Shown one piece after another: positions 39,201-52,124 of a DNA stretch of 64,000 bases. The first letter of the stretch is position 1, and each line of letters starts with the position of its first letter. The notes below the pieces were generated by a model. The model did no database searches and had not been told where the DNA came from. It was given only the letters and a program-made list of their open reading frames with translations. Source of the stretch: Mobula hypostoma (lineage: Eukaryota); the NCBI RefSeq assembly GCF_963921235.1, contig NC_086109.1, positions 24,926,001-24,990,000 on the forward strand. Direction: 5' to 3'. Both the position numbers and the translations under genes were made by a program.

Positions 39201-42200
39201 TCTGCCAAATAAATGAAGAAATTTTAGAGTCGACTTTATCAAAAAAAGATTTAGGAACGAAAATTGGTAATGCCTGAAACACATATGAAAATTTTGGCAA
39301 AAAAAACATCTTAACTGCATTAATACGACCAATCAAAGTTAAATATAAGGGAAACCATTTAGATGAAAGTTGAGTAATATGGTCTATTAATGGTAAAAAG
39401 TTAGTCTTAAATAAATCTTTATGTTTACAAGTAATTTTAATCCCAAGATATGAAAGATAATTATTAATCAATTTAAATGGAAATTTATAATATAAGGGAA
39501 GATGTTTATTAATCGGAAAAAGTTCACTCTTACTAAGATTTAATTTATAACCTGAGAAAAGACCAAATTGTGCTAATAACTCTAAAACAACAGGAATAGA
39601 TCTCTCAGGATTAGAAATATATAAAAGTAAATCATCAGCGTAGAGTGATAATTTATGGGACTTTAATCCCCGAGTTATCCCAGTAATATTTGAAGATTCT
39701 CGAATAGCAATTGCAAGAGGTTCTAATGCAATATCAAATAATAGGGGACTAAGAGGACAGCCTTGTCGAGTACCACGAAAGAGAGGAAAAAAAGGTGAGT
39801 TTAAAGAGTTAGTACGAACCGAGGCTACAGGGGAGTGATATAACAGTTTAATCCAGGATATAAATTTCAAGCTAAAATTAAACATTTCAAGCACCTTAAA
39901 TAAATAAGGCCATTCTACTCTATCAAAAGCTTTCTCGGCATCTAAAGAAATAACACACTCAGGAACATTTTGTGAGGGAGTATAAACGATATTTAACAAT
40001 GTACGAATATTATAAAAAGAGTAACGACCTTTAATAAAACCCGTTTGGTCTTCCGAAATAATAGAAGGAAGTACTTTTTCTAGTCTATTTGCTAATAACT
40101 TAGAAAAAACTTTAGAATCAACATTTAATAAAGATATTGGTCTATAAGATGCACATTGAGCAGGGTCTTTATCCTTCTTTAGTATTAAAGAAATTGATGC
40201 TCTATTAAAAGATTCCGGAAGTTTACCAAGTTTCAAAGAAGCCTCAAAAACTTTATAGAGCCAAGGAATCAATAAAGAAGCAAAACATTTATAAAATTCA
40301 ACGGTAAACCCATCAGGGCCAGGAGCTTTCCCCAGATTCATAGAAAAAATAACATTCTTAATCTCATCCATTGTAATGGAAGTATCTAATAAAGAAGACA
40401 TATCCTGTGAAATCTGAGGGAAGTCTAACTTATCTAAAAAATCATTCATATATTTAGAATCTCGAGGAGACTCTGATTGATATAAAGAAGAATAAAAATC
40501 ACAAAAGGTTTGATTAATCCCCACATGATCCAATATCAATCGATCATTTTGGTTATAAATCTGATTAATTTGAGATTTAACATAATTAGATTTCAATTGA
40601 TTAGCCAGCAGCTTCCCAATTTTATCACTGTGAACATAAAAATCACTTCTTGTTTTCTTTAATTGGTTTACAATCGAGGACGAGAGTAGTAAACTGTGTT
40701 CCATTTGAAGTTCAGTTCTTTGTTTGTATAGCTCCTCAGAAGGAGCCATAACATATTTCTTATCAATTTCTTTACATCCTTGATAACTGACTCCAGCAGT
40801 TTCCCCACCACCGACGTTAGGCTAACCGGTCTATAATTCCCCGGTTTCTCTCTCCCTCCTTTTTTAAAAAGTGGGGTTACATTAGCCACCCTCCAATCCT
40901 CAGGAACTAGTCCAGAATCTAACGAGTTTTGAAAAATTATCACTAATGCATCCATTATTTCTTGGGCTACTTCCTTAAGCACTCTAGGATGCAGACCATC
41001 TGGCCCTGGGGATTTATCTGCCTTCAATCCCTTCAATTTACCTAACACCACTTCCCTACTAACATGTATTTCGCTCAGTTCCTCCATCCCACAGGACCCT
41101 CTGTCCCCTACTATTTCTGGAAGATTATTTATGTCCTCCTTAGTGAAGACAGAACCAAAGTAATTATTCAATTGGTCTGCCATGTCCTTGCTCCCCATAA
41201 TCAATTCACCTGTTTCTGTCTGCAGGGGACCTACATTTGTCTTTACCAGTCTTTTCCTTTTTACATATCTATAAAAGCTTTTACAGTCCGTTTTTATGTT
41301 CCCTGCCAGTTTTCTCTTATAATCTTTTTTCCCCTTCCTAATTAAGCCCTTTGTCCTCCTCTGCTGAACTCTGAATTTCTCCCAGTCCTCAGGTGAGCCA
41401 TTTTCTCTGGCTAATTTGTATGCTTCTTCTTTGGAATTGACACTATCCCTAATTTCTCTTGTCAGCCACGGGTGCACTACCTTCCTTGATTTATTCTTTT
41501 GCCAAACTGGGATGAACAATTGTTGTAGTTCATCCATGCAACCTTTAAATGCTTGCCATTGCATATCCACCGTCAATCCTTTAAGTGTCATTTGCCAGTC
41601 TATCTTAGCTAATTCACGTCTCATACCTTCAAAGTTTCCCCTCTTTAAGTTCAGAACCTTTGTTTCTGAATTAACTATGTCACTCTCCATCTTAATGAAG
41701 AATTCCACCATATTATGGTCACTCTTACCCAAGGGGCCTCTCACGACAAGATCGCTAATTAACCCTTCCTCATTGCTCAAAACCTAGTCCAGAATAGCCT
41801 GGTCTCTAGTTGGTTCCTCGACATGTTGGTTCAAAAAACCATCCCGCATACATTCCAAGAAATCCTCTTCCTCAGCACCTTTACCAATTTGGTTCACCCA
41901 ATCTACATGTAGATTGAAGTCACCCATTATAACTGCTGTTCCTTTATTGCACACATTTCTAATTTCCTGTTTAATACCATCTCCGACCTCACTACTACTG
42001 TTAGGTGGCCTGTACACAACTCCCACCAGCGTCTTCTGCCCCTTAGTGTTACGCAGCTCTACCCATATCGATTCTACATCTTCCCGGCTTATGTCCTTCT
42101 TTTCTATTGCGTTAATCTCTCTCCTTTAACCAGCAATGCCACCCCACCTCCCCTTCCTTCATGTCTATCCCTCCTGAATATTGAATATCCCTGAACATTA

Positions 42201-42220
42201 AGCTCCTATCCCTGGTCCCT
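36247..42220 (-). mobile_element. Young 5'-truncated CR1 LINE (ORF2 endonuclease + RT), interrupted by an L1
   Basis: ORF pieces: GVVYRPP/IMGDFN (APE); KSPGPDGLHPRVLKE, NYRPVSLTSVVGK; VYLDFQKAFDKV, GVPQGSVLGP, KFADDTK; RTRGHS...FFTQRVVNLWNSLP. (TTCTATG)n-type tail near 36247. Few lesions (stop near 41784, frameshifts near 36920 and 42120). Confidence 0.95.
37598..40773 (-). mobile_element. Young 5'-truncated L1-clade LINE (RT + C-terminal CCHC) nested in CR1
   Basis: 682-aa ORF with KAPGPDGF, YRPISLLN, SLDAEKAFDRV, GTRQGCPLSPLLF, LYADDLL; continues after a frameshift in an A-run near 38705 to CDRC...HMFWSC. Ends AATAAA + (GAAA)n. 8-bp TSD acatcctt at 37590-37597 and 40774-40781. Confidence 0.95.
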
Positions 42221-43029
42221 GGTTATGGATCATTTGGGCCAAAAGCCCTGTTTCTGGACCACTATATGACTCTATGACATCTTATTGCTTCCCAGCATTG
42301 CTGTCCATTTCTATTAATTTCTGCTCTGATCTCAGTGGTTGACCCTTGATCATTTTTCCATTGCCAGTGAGCAGATGAGAACTCTTTCCCCTGGTGTGTG
42401 CTGACCTGCCTTTGAACATCCTGGTGGCCATATGATGCTGGAGTTTTTGTCCAATCGTATAACTGGTTTTCTATCATTTGATGTACAAAATAGTTCAGAC
42501 ATGAGGTAAGTAGAGCCTACCTTGGAGAGTTGTCATAGTCAGAGAGAGGTATATCACAGAAACAGGCCCTTCGGTCCATCAACTCCATTCTGGTCGTTAA
42601 AATCATCCATTTACATTAATTCCATATTTTATACTGCCTGCGATCTCAACTCCCTCCAGGTTCTACCATCCTCCTATACACTTGGGGCAATTTACAGAGC
42701 CCAATTAATCTACCAACCTACATGTTTTTGGGATGTGGGAGGAAATGGGAACACTTGGAAGCGACCCATGGGGCTACAAAGAGAAAATGCAGACTCCACA
42801 TTGACAGTACCTGAGCTTGGGATTGAAAGATAGCTGTAAGGAATCATAGACACAACATCTCCTGTTCCTCCTGAGAAAGTACGCATGCCATGGTTCAGAC
42901 ACTTGATCCCAAAATTCTACTTTCTATAAGAAATCTATTTAATTTTCAGATAACAGATCTTTAACCCAAGTATGTTCTTGCATTCTATATAAGATCACAT
43001 GGCATGAATTACCTTATATCTCATTTCAC

Positions 43030-43495
43030 AATAAGACTATAAGATATAGGAGCAGAATTAGGCCATTCAACCCATTGTGTTTGCTCCCCCATTCCATCAT
43101 GGCTGATCCCAGATCCCACTCATCCCCATACACCTGCCATCTTGCCATATCCTTTGATGCCCTGACCGCCATAAATATACCTGCTGACTTGGCCTCCGCC
43201 GCAGTCTGTGGCAGAGCATTCCACAAATTCACTACTCTATGGCTTAAAAAAAATTCCTCCTTACCTCTGTTCTAAAAGCTCACCCCTCAATTTTTAGTTC
43301 TGGATACCCCCACCACAGGAAACATCCTCTCCATATCCACCCTTTCCAGTCCTTTCAACGTTCAAGGTTTCAATGAGATCCCCACGCATTCTTCTAAATT
43401 TCAGCGAGTACAGGCCCAAACCCGCCAAACACTCCTCATATGTTAACCCCCTTGTTCCCGGAATCATCATCATGCTCCTCTTCTGGACTCCGTGC
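43030..43495 (-). mobile_element. CR1 3' fragment
   Basis: GLTYEECLAGLGLYSLKFRRMRGDLIET; MNLWNALPQ. Confidence 0.85.
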
Positions 43496-45419
43496 ATGTA
43501 TTGTTTTGTGCTTGATATTGTGTGGTGTATGAGGTGGAATATTTTATAATATAAGGAATATTATTTGAAATGAAAGGGGAAATCAAAATTGTAGTTTAGA
43601 TTGACAGCAGTATTGAAAGTGTACAAAGACTTTCAATAGTTTGAAGAACAAGACAAAAATATATCTTTAATTACTTTGAGCAGAGGAGAAATTCAGCTTC
43701 AGTTGCTAGAATCATATAAGTGAGATTATTGCTTATTTGCTGGACATTTCCTCTTGACATTCAGTGCAATTAAGTTCAATAGAAGGAAATGTAGAGGAGG
43801 TGATTATGTCCAATGACCAATAGCCTCGCAGTCTTCTGAGCTAGTAACAATGATGTCTTTCTGTCCCTTACAGGATAATTCTCAGTGTCTTCTGTAAACT
43901 CGTATAGAAAATGACACAGTTAAATACAAGGCTGGTGCAGGAGGCAATGCTTCATATTCCAGGAACATTGGCACTTGTCCTGTGGGAGGTGACGCATATT
44001 CAAGATGGATGAGCTACACCTGAACAGAACTGGGACCATCGTTAGCAACTGTTGTTTGGTAGAGTTTAAAGATATCCAGCAGGGATTGGGAAACCAGAAA
44101 GTAGCTGAAAGAAACAGTGACGAGATCAGAAGGGAGAGCAAAATACATTGAAGAGGAATTAGCAGTATCACAAACATTGCAATGGTGATTGAGGAAAATA
44201 GCAAAACTGAAAAAAAAGATGGATATTAAATTTCATGTACGTGTTAATGTCCTTTCGGTAACAATGAAGTTTACAAAGATCTCTAGTTAAAGTGAAAGTG
44301 TGTGTATGAATAAACTGTTCAACCTTTGGGATGGTGGGGGACCATTTCACCTCCTGCCATCTTATTTTGGAGTTTCTGGTAAAGGCTATCAAAATGAGCT
44401 TAGAAATTGTTTGACAAAGAGGGAGAAATTGACTTTTTCCTACCTGTTCCTAGTATTGCCCACCTTTTACACTGACTTCTGCACTGACCTCAGTAGTTGT
44501 TCTCACATTTTTCCAGTGCCAGTCACCTTCAGCTATAAATTGTCACATCAGCTGAAACACAGTTGCTTTAAAGGTTTAGCCTATTCAAGATCAGAAATAG
44601 CAATAATATATATTGATCACCAAATGTTCAACTTTGATAGAGAAGGATGAAGAGGCCTGAGGTGACAGAATTTATTAAGGTTAACATTATATAACTAAAT
44701 AGGATATTTTTACACAAATAACAAATGCTAGAGTAGAAAAAGCCCTAAGCTAACAGGGAAAAATGTAATGGGAAGGATAATACAGGAGGGGAAATGTGTC
44801 TTAGATTGGCTTTTCAATCATCATCCCTAATTTTGGATGGGTGGGGTTTATGAGTGAGTTAGGGCTCATTGTCATGATCTAGTGGTCTAGGATTCCCTGG
44901 ATACAAATACAAAGTAGTTTCAGATCACTTGTAGGAAAAACCGTACCATTTAAGGTTTATTCCTTAAAAGGGCCAAAGGACAATAATAATTGAAAAGAGA
45001 GTCAAAAACTGGTCATTTGTCTTGCAAAATAAATAAAAGGAAGAATGAAACAAAGAGAGAAATAATATGGTAAATGTCATAAGGAGTTTGGAGATTAGCA
45101 GAGTAAGGGGATATTATGACGAAAAAGTTCGGGGACAGTCCAGAGATATTAGCAGAGTTAAGACAATGGCCTACTCATGCTCCTAAGATCCAATCATTGC
45201 TGAGAAGCAAAATTTAGTTAATAACCAGAAAGTCTTGGAAAAGAGAGGGAACTGAACTTAATATTGGAGTCAACATTCAGTTATGAAAAATTATTAACAT
45301 GCAACAGTACATTGAAATGTAAAATATTTTGAGAGCATATATGCCTGGAAATATGCCTGTGGTTTGTACTACACTTCCAAAACTTACTTCCATTGAAAGG
45401 ACAGCTTCTACCATGTACC

Positions 45420-45800
45420 ACATTTTTGTGTGGCCTTCGTCAGTCGTGGTCAACCATAGATACTGCGCCTCTGGTAGTCACTGGAAGTGGCCTTTCCAGG
45501 GCACAAGCCAGGGCAGAGTTGATATGGAGATCCGTCTGTTGCCCGTGCAGTGGGATTCCATGGTTAATGAGCCCCAACTGCCCGGAGCAACTGGTTTTAA
45601 GGTGCAGTGGCCCGCCTTTGCCCCTCCTCCTGTCAGTGAGAACAGCTCCGCCGGGCATAAGAACTATTCCACACGTGAAGACCAGGAATTGGACTTGGTT
45701 GTCAGAGGCTGTTTGAAACGCACACCATGAAGAGCATTTGTTTAGCAGTGGGAGCTCATCCCCACTACAACCCTTCAGCTATGACTACCTTTGAACCACA
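45420..45800 (-). mobile_element. RTE-related non-autonomous element
   Basis: Shares ccat(a/g)gat..ctgcgcct...ccagggc.ca.gcc.gggca.g.gttg..atgga.ga...gttgccc.tgc with the 3' half of the SINE at 30583-30900. Confidence 0.5.
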
Positions 45801-46754
45801 CTACCTTGACAACCACATCATGGTTGCCAATTAAGAGTGAGTTTCCAGGAAATATAGCTTACAATGCTAGCAAGGGAAAAGGTGCAAGCCTACATAAATC
45901 ACCACATTGAAAGAAAGTAAATAGTTGTAACATTAAATGATTGTAATATTAAACAGGTAATGTGAAGACTGCACTGAAAAAAGAAAGGGAAGTTATGGAC
46001 ATGAGTTTGACAGTTTGTGAAGATTAATAAACAGTTAGCAGTACTGATTAGCATATTCTGGATGGGGTCCTTGTAGACTGGTGGAGAGGAAAAAGCAGAA
46101 ATAGCAGAGAATTCACTGAGGAATTTTCAAAGCGCATTTAGATTGGGAATAATTCCAGAGATCTATGTGTCGAGAAACATATCAGAAACTATAAGCTATC
46201 AGTAAAATAAACTTTAATTTGGAAAGCTATGTGTAAATCGAAGATAGTTTACATGCCTTTGCTAAAGGCAAATAGTGTCAGACCAAATTAACACCATAGC
46301 CTAAGAAGATAGCTGAGGAAATGCAATATAATCTATGGTCATGCTTCTATTTGCAGAAAACTTGTAAAATGCCAATTTGAAGGTTTGTTCAAAAGATGGA
46401 AGCCAATGAAATTAAACGAACTTGTATGGATAAGGATTTGTTTTTTTGGCAGGAAGCAAAGAAGACATAGAGTAGATGCTTGCTGACTGACAAGTCCTCC
46501 CTCAAGAATTTATTTAGTGTTCTTTGTTTCTACATCTTCTCAGAGACATATGTAGGGAGCTGGATTTTAGGTGTTTGAAGAATAGAACTCCAGTAACAGA
46601 ATTAGCACACAGAGACCAAGAACACTGATATTGAGACATGAGTTTAAATTCACACCACAGCACATAGAATTTTAATTTTTATGCAATAGGTTCAAGTTCA
46701 GGTTCAAATTTAAGTTCAAGATCAAGTTTATTATCATTTCAACCATATACACAT

Positions 46755-47060
46755 ATAAATAAAGGCATCTGTTAGTCTTGCGAGACCATGGATCTGCACC
46801 TGGAAAGTCTTCACTCTCCATGGCGCAGGCCTGGGCAAGGTTGTATGGGAGACTGGCAGTTGCCCATGCTGCAAGACTCACCTCTCCACGACACCGATGT
46901 TGTCCAAGGGAAGGGCATTAGGACCCATACAGCTTGGCACCAGTGTCGTCGCAGAGCACTGTGTGATTAAGTGCCTTGCTCAAGGACACAACACGCTGGG
47001 GCTCAAACTCACGACCTTCAGATCGCTAGTCGAACACCTTAACCACTTGGCCACGTGCCC
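46755..47060 (-). mobile_element. tRNA-headed SINE, copy 2
   Basis: Close homolog of 30583-30900, inserted in a Rex-like 3' tail. Confidence 0.85.
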
Positions 47061-47064
47061 ATAC

Positions 47065-47680
47065 AATATACCACCAAATGAAACAATGTTCTTCCAGACC
47101 AAGGCACACAACACAATACATTTACCTCACACACAACACATAAAGTGATATTACCACAAATAAATTAACAAATAATAGGGTGCATTTACATCACGAGTTA
47201 AGAAGTAAACCTGCACTGCATATGTGGCGAGGCCTGGTGGTAGCAGGGTGTTCAATAGTTTCACAGCCTGGGGGAAGAAGCAGTTTCCCATCCTAACAGT
47301 TCATGTCTTAATGCCTGTACCTCCTGCCAGATGGTACGAGAGTAAAAAGATTGTTGGACAAATGGGAGGTATCACTGACAATGCTAAGGGTGATGTGTAT
47401 GCAATGCTCCTGGTAAGTATCTTGGATGGGTGGAAGAGAGACGCCAATGATTCTCTCATCAGTCTTTGCAAACCCTTGCAGGGTCTTGCAGTCAGATGTT
47501 TTGCAAACCCTTTGCCATATAGTGACGCAGCTGGTCAGTACACTCTCAATGGTGCTCCTGTAAAAATTGGTTTGAGTGGGGGAGGGGAGGGAAAACCTCA
47601 ATCTCCTCAGGACGTGGAGATGCTACTGTGCTCTCTTGACTAAAGAGGTGATGTTGAGGGACCAGATGAGATTGTCCCTC
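47065..47680 (-). mobile_element. Rex1/Babar 3' fragment
   Basis: TNFYRSTIESVLTSCVTIW...LVPSGRRYR. Confidence 0.8.
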
Positions 47681-47694
47681 AACATCTGGAAACA

Positions 47695-48065
47695 ACTATG
47701 CGAAATTCTGCAGATGCTAAAAATCCAAAGCAACATATACAAACTGCTGGAGGAACTCAGCAGATCAGGCAACATCTATGGAAATGAATAAACAGTAAAT
47801 GCTTCAGGCTGAGACTCCTCTTCAGGACTGGAAAGGAAGCGGGAAGACACCAGAATAAAAATGTGTGGGGGTGGGGGGAAGAAAATAGCTAAAAGCTGGT
47901 AGGTGAAGCCAGGTGGGTGGGAAAGGTAAAAGGCTGGAGAGGAAGGGATCCGATAGGAGAGGAGAGTGGACCATAGGAGAAAGGGGAAGAAGAGGGGACC
48001 CAGAGGGAGTTGATAGGCAGGTGAGAGGGGATGGGCCACAGTGAGGAATAGAAGAGGGGAGGAGG
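47695..48065 (-). mobile_element. Penelope-like pLTR / non-autonomous element
   Basis: ctgctggaggaactcagcagatcaggcaacatctatg family end plus purine-rich body, homologous to 9230-9625. Confidence 0.7.
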
Positions 48066-49983
48066 AGGATCTGGAAATAAATCTGGAATACAAGGCTAAG
48101 GACTGTGAACGAAGGATTACTGTGTTAATATAAAAGGTCATCAAATGTCTTCACAGAATGAACTTTACCCTCCTTTACCAGTCAGACCCATGTGTGGCCC
48201 CAGAACCACCATATAAATTTGACTCCTACTTGAGATGATTCTTACATTGAGTCAGAATGAGTTGAATTGTTCCTGTGTTGTAACTTGCACAATATTATTT
48301 CATAGATTATAACTTGCAGCATTTATATAAAATGATATTAAACAATATGGAGCAGACAAGGGGGAAGACAGTCGTGATTTTTGAGATAATTCAGTTGCCC
48401 TGGATGACAGCAATTTAATATTGCTCCTCCTAAATATGTCTATCCTTCTTTTCTCTGTTCTGTCTCTTAAGCATACATATACTCTCATCTAACTCAATCT
48501 CTCTCACTGTCTCACTGTTTTCTCCCTCTCTCAAAAACACACAGATATCACAAGCATTCATACACACACATCAACACACTTCTAGATACTTGTAGAATAT
48601 ATCCACACACAGAGACATAGATTTCAACACACTGATATTCATTCCCAATCTGTATTGCCACATGCCTCTGTGACAAAACATACACACAGATGCATGCATT
48701 GACATACCTGTGCACACTCGAACATGCACACAGATACACACAAACAAGCATGCGTGTACCCTCAGGGAAAATCACACAACACACAAAATCCACAGACCCA
48801 CTGCCTGTATGTCTATGCCTTCTCCCAGTCAAACACAATCTATGCTTTCTGTCTCATTTTCTCTCTCTTTCTCACACGGTCAATATTTGTTGCCAGAATT
48901 ATGAAATTAGAATGACAGTAGATGGAATAACTTTTGTTCATTTTTATCCATTGTTTCGCTTAGGCTGTCATTTCACAAAGGATGTCCACCTCAGACTCTC
49001 ACCTGTCTTTTCTTGGTTAAATTCACACCCTCCACTGCATCTGCTGGTATTTCCTGAATTCATCTTGGACTGCCAGTGTTTTTGATCTTTTTTTTTAAAC
49101 TCTTCTTACTTTTACAGATCATTCGCTCCCCTGGTCAGCTCCTGCCTGGCACCTGCTTTGGTAAATACTGTTTAAGTCTGGCTTGAGTTTCAACATCTGC
49201 ACTGCCACATTTCTGACCCTTGACAGCTGATCGTTCAAAGAGAATGAGATCACACTTGTAGAAAGAAGGATTCAAGCTAACACTGCAATGTGGCTAAGAG
49301 ACATTCACATTTCAGGAGCAAAGACCATTTGAAATATATGGAAGTAAAATTCCAAAACAGAAGCATTCTGAAATTAATTTATAAACCATTACTCTTCTGT
49401 AAGCAACTGTTAAGTAATATTTTGAAGAATTTCTAATTTATTTCCAATGAATATTGTAAACACAGTATCAGCATCTAAAGATGGAACAGGTGGATTAATG
49501 TTACTGATGTCGTCTGTTTTGAATTTGCATCACGTCAGTAGACCTTTGAGACCTGGTAACATTGCTGCCCTTTCAAGAGTATAGGTTGTTAAATTCTTCA
49601 CTGAACATATATAATTTATCTTTTAAGCAATCCATTTGCACAAACTTAAGGTATAATTCTTCTCACACCCATCAAGTTCTGAAACCACACACAACTTTTT
49701 TAAAGATACCTTTTTAAAGCTAATCACAATTCCACAAAAAGACTGGCATCAGCAGCTAATTATGATGTTCAATGGGATTATTATTTAACAAATATAAATG
49801 ATCTGACTACAGAATTGAAAAAGGACTCCAGAAAATACTAGCAAATTGTATAATAATTTTATTATAAGCCTTATTTAATAAACTGCAGTTATTTTTCCTA
49901 AATCACAGATATACAAATTAATTAATTTGCTATACAGTAATTTATTCTCTGTTATAATTGTTTTGTGAACAAAATAGACTTAC

Positions 49984-50052
49984 CCCTGTAATAACAATAC
50001 TTTGGCTGAAATTTAGCAAAAGCAGGAAAGTTAGGAGGAGCAGAATTTTCAT
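49984..50052 (-). CDS. PROK1: Prokineticin-1 coding exon 1 (signal peptide + IVITG)
   Basis: Minus strand translates MKILLLLTFLLLLNFSQSIVITG, then GGG|gtaagt phase-0 donor. Hydrophobic signal peptide; split falls after VITG as in prokineticin genes. Too short for the ORF track. Confidence 0.92.
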
Positions 50053-50244
50053 ACTGAATCCCAACGATGTGAAGAGCTTTGTCTGAACAGTGTTGTGTGC
50101 CTGGCTCAGTCAATCTGTAGAGCTGGATTGCACGATACCTCTGAATCAGACAGTGATCTCCAGGAACTGTGCCCTCCCACTTCAGTCCCTGCTCCTGAAA
50201 TCTGCTGAAGCTGTAACAACCTGATAGTGAAGGATGTCCATCAC

Positions 50245-50596
50245 AGCCTTTCTCTTTTTATCATTTGCTTCGTCTCAGTTTCTCTTTTCCTATTTCATTC
50301 TCCTTTCTTTCTACCCCGTTTCACTTCTTATTGTTCTTTCACTACCTTTTGCTTGCTCTCCTTCATTTTTATACTACATTCTTTTTCTGTCTCTTTTTTT
50401 CTCCATTTCACTTTCTTCTTTTCTTTCTATATCTGTCGATAGATCCACCAGTTTCTAACTCAGTTTTTGAATTTTTTCTTTGTTTTTCTCACTCTTTCTT
50501 TCTCTATTTTTTCTTTCTCTCTGTACCCCCATCTCTCTCCCTTTCAGTACTTTTCTCTTTATCTGACTCCTTCTCCTTAGTTTCACTCCTTTCTTG
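50245..50596. repeat. Pyrimidine-rich low-complexity tract just upstream of PROK1
   Basis: About 350 nt dominated by T/C on the + strand. Confidence 0.85.
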
Positions 50597-52124
50597 ACTT
50601 TTGAAAACTATGACAATCTCGCTACAACTTAGATTATGCAGATATAAAGGACTTCAGGGCAATATATCGGTTTTGAGGACATGAGAAGAGAACTTAGGAA
50701 AATAAAACAAAATATCAGCAATTGATGACATTGAAGAATAATGGATGGGCTTAAAAGTTGTTCAGCAGCCCATTACGATATATATTCTGTAAAAACTGGA
50801 CACATAAATCATAACCACATACATACAAGGAAGGAAAAGTAGATACCCCAAGTAAATCCATGATAGGGAGAGAATGTCAAGCTAAAACCCAAAGAAATTG
50901 CAAGTCAGAAAAGTAATTAGGAAGCCAAAGAGGAAAGATGAAAATAAATTATCAAAGAGTGTAAAACTGCAAAATTGTCCACAGACTGAAAGCGTACATA
51001 AGGGGGACAAAACCAGAAGAGAGTGTAAATGCTGGAATCTGGAACAATAACGAACCTGCTGATGGAGCTTACCATGTCATGCAATATCTCTGGGAGGAAA
51101 GGAATTACCAAAGTTTCGGGTCAAAACTCTGCATTGGGACCTGAATAACTAATAATAAAATGTTAGCAAGTCTTTTCTTTAATTATTTAGAATAAATTTG
51201 ATAGCTTTTAAATATCATTGCAGGACCAAGGTTCCTGTGGCACCCTACCCAAAGCCTGCCTCACACTGATGTCTAGTTATAACTCATCAACCACATAGTT
51301 GTATCAGTATCTTAAACTCTACTTCTGGAATTCATCCTCCAAAGTCAATGGAATAAAGTTCAAAAATTCTGTAAACTATACCATAATGTGTGTATGTACA
51401 GCACTTAACACTACTACCTGGGAGAATCGTCTCGACGCTTGGTGTTAATACTTTCTCAAACTTGGTGTTACTCTGGGAAGTATTAGAGAGAGAAGAGGAT
51501 CTACATGAGTTGGTATCAAGAATGTAAAACTATACCTTTCAAATAATGAATAGGCTGGATCTCTTTTTTGTTCCCCTGAAAAGCAAATACAGAACAGTCA
51601 GTTAATAGAGAACTTTAAAGTTTCTGTACATTGATTAGGCACAAAGAATGACACAGGGTTGATCAATACGAAATAGTTACCAAGAAAATGAGAGCGAATT
51701 CAGAAGAATTCTTTATACCTAGACCATGCTAAGGTCGTAGAGCTCACTGCAACATAATCTCTCTCTCTCTCCCCCCGCCTTACTTCCTCTCTCTTGCTCT
51801 CCTCTCTCTTCCTTTCTTCCTTCCTCAGCTTTGATCTGCATCTGTATTTCTCTCTTTAGCTCTTTTTTAAAATAGCAATACTGCAATGCCATAGAGCCTG
51901 CTGCATCTCTGCAGTTTCCTTGAAAAAGTTATTTGTTTAGTTTGGCTATCTCACTTTTCATCTATAGGCCATTCAGTATCTTTTCCTTTCAAACAGAGAT
52001 TCTGAGTTTGCTATAATGGTGGTTCTCTGTCAGAGTTTTGACAGAAGAAATAAAATCCTAACAGGATCTGAACATTTATTGTGCACACCTGACTAAGCAG
52101 CATGATACATTGTATATGTGCGAG

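Noticed and set aside
40668..41780. Apparent CR1-L1 fusion protein
   Set aside because: After IKDV the CR1 frame enters the L1 out of frame and stops within about 35 codons.
50227..50597. Phe/Leu/Ser-rich membrane-like ORFs
   Set aside because: Translation of a low-complexity pyrimidine tract.
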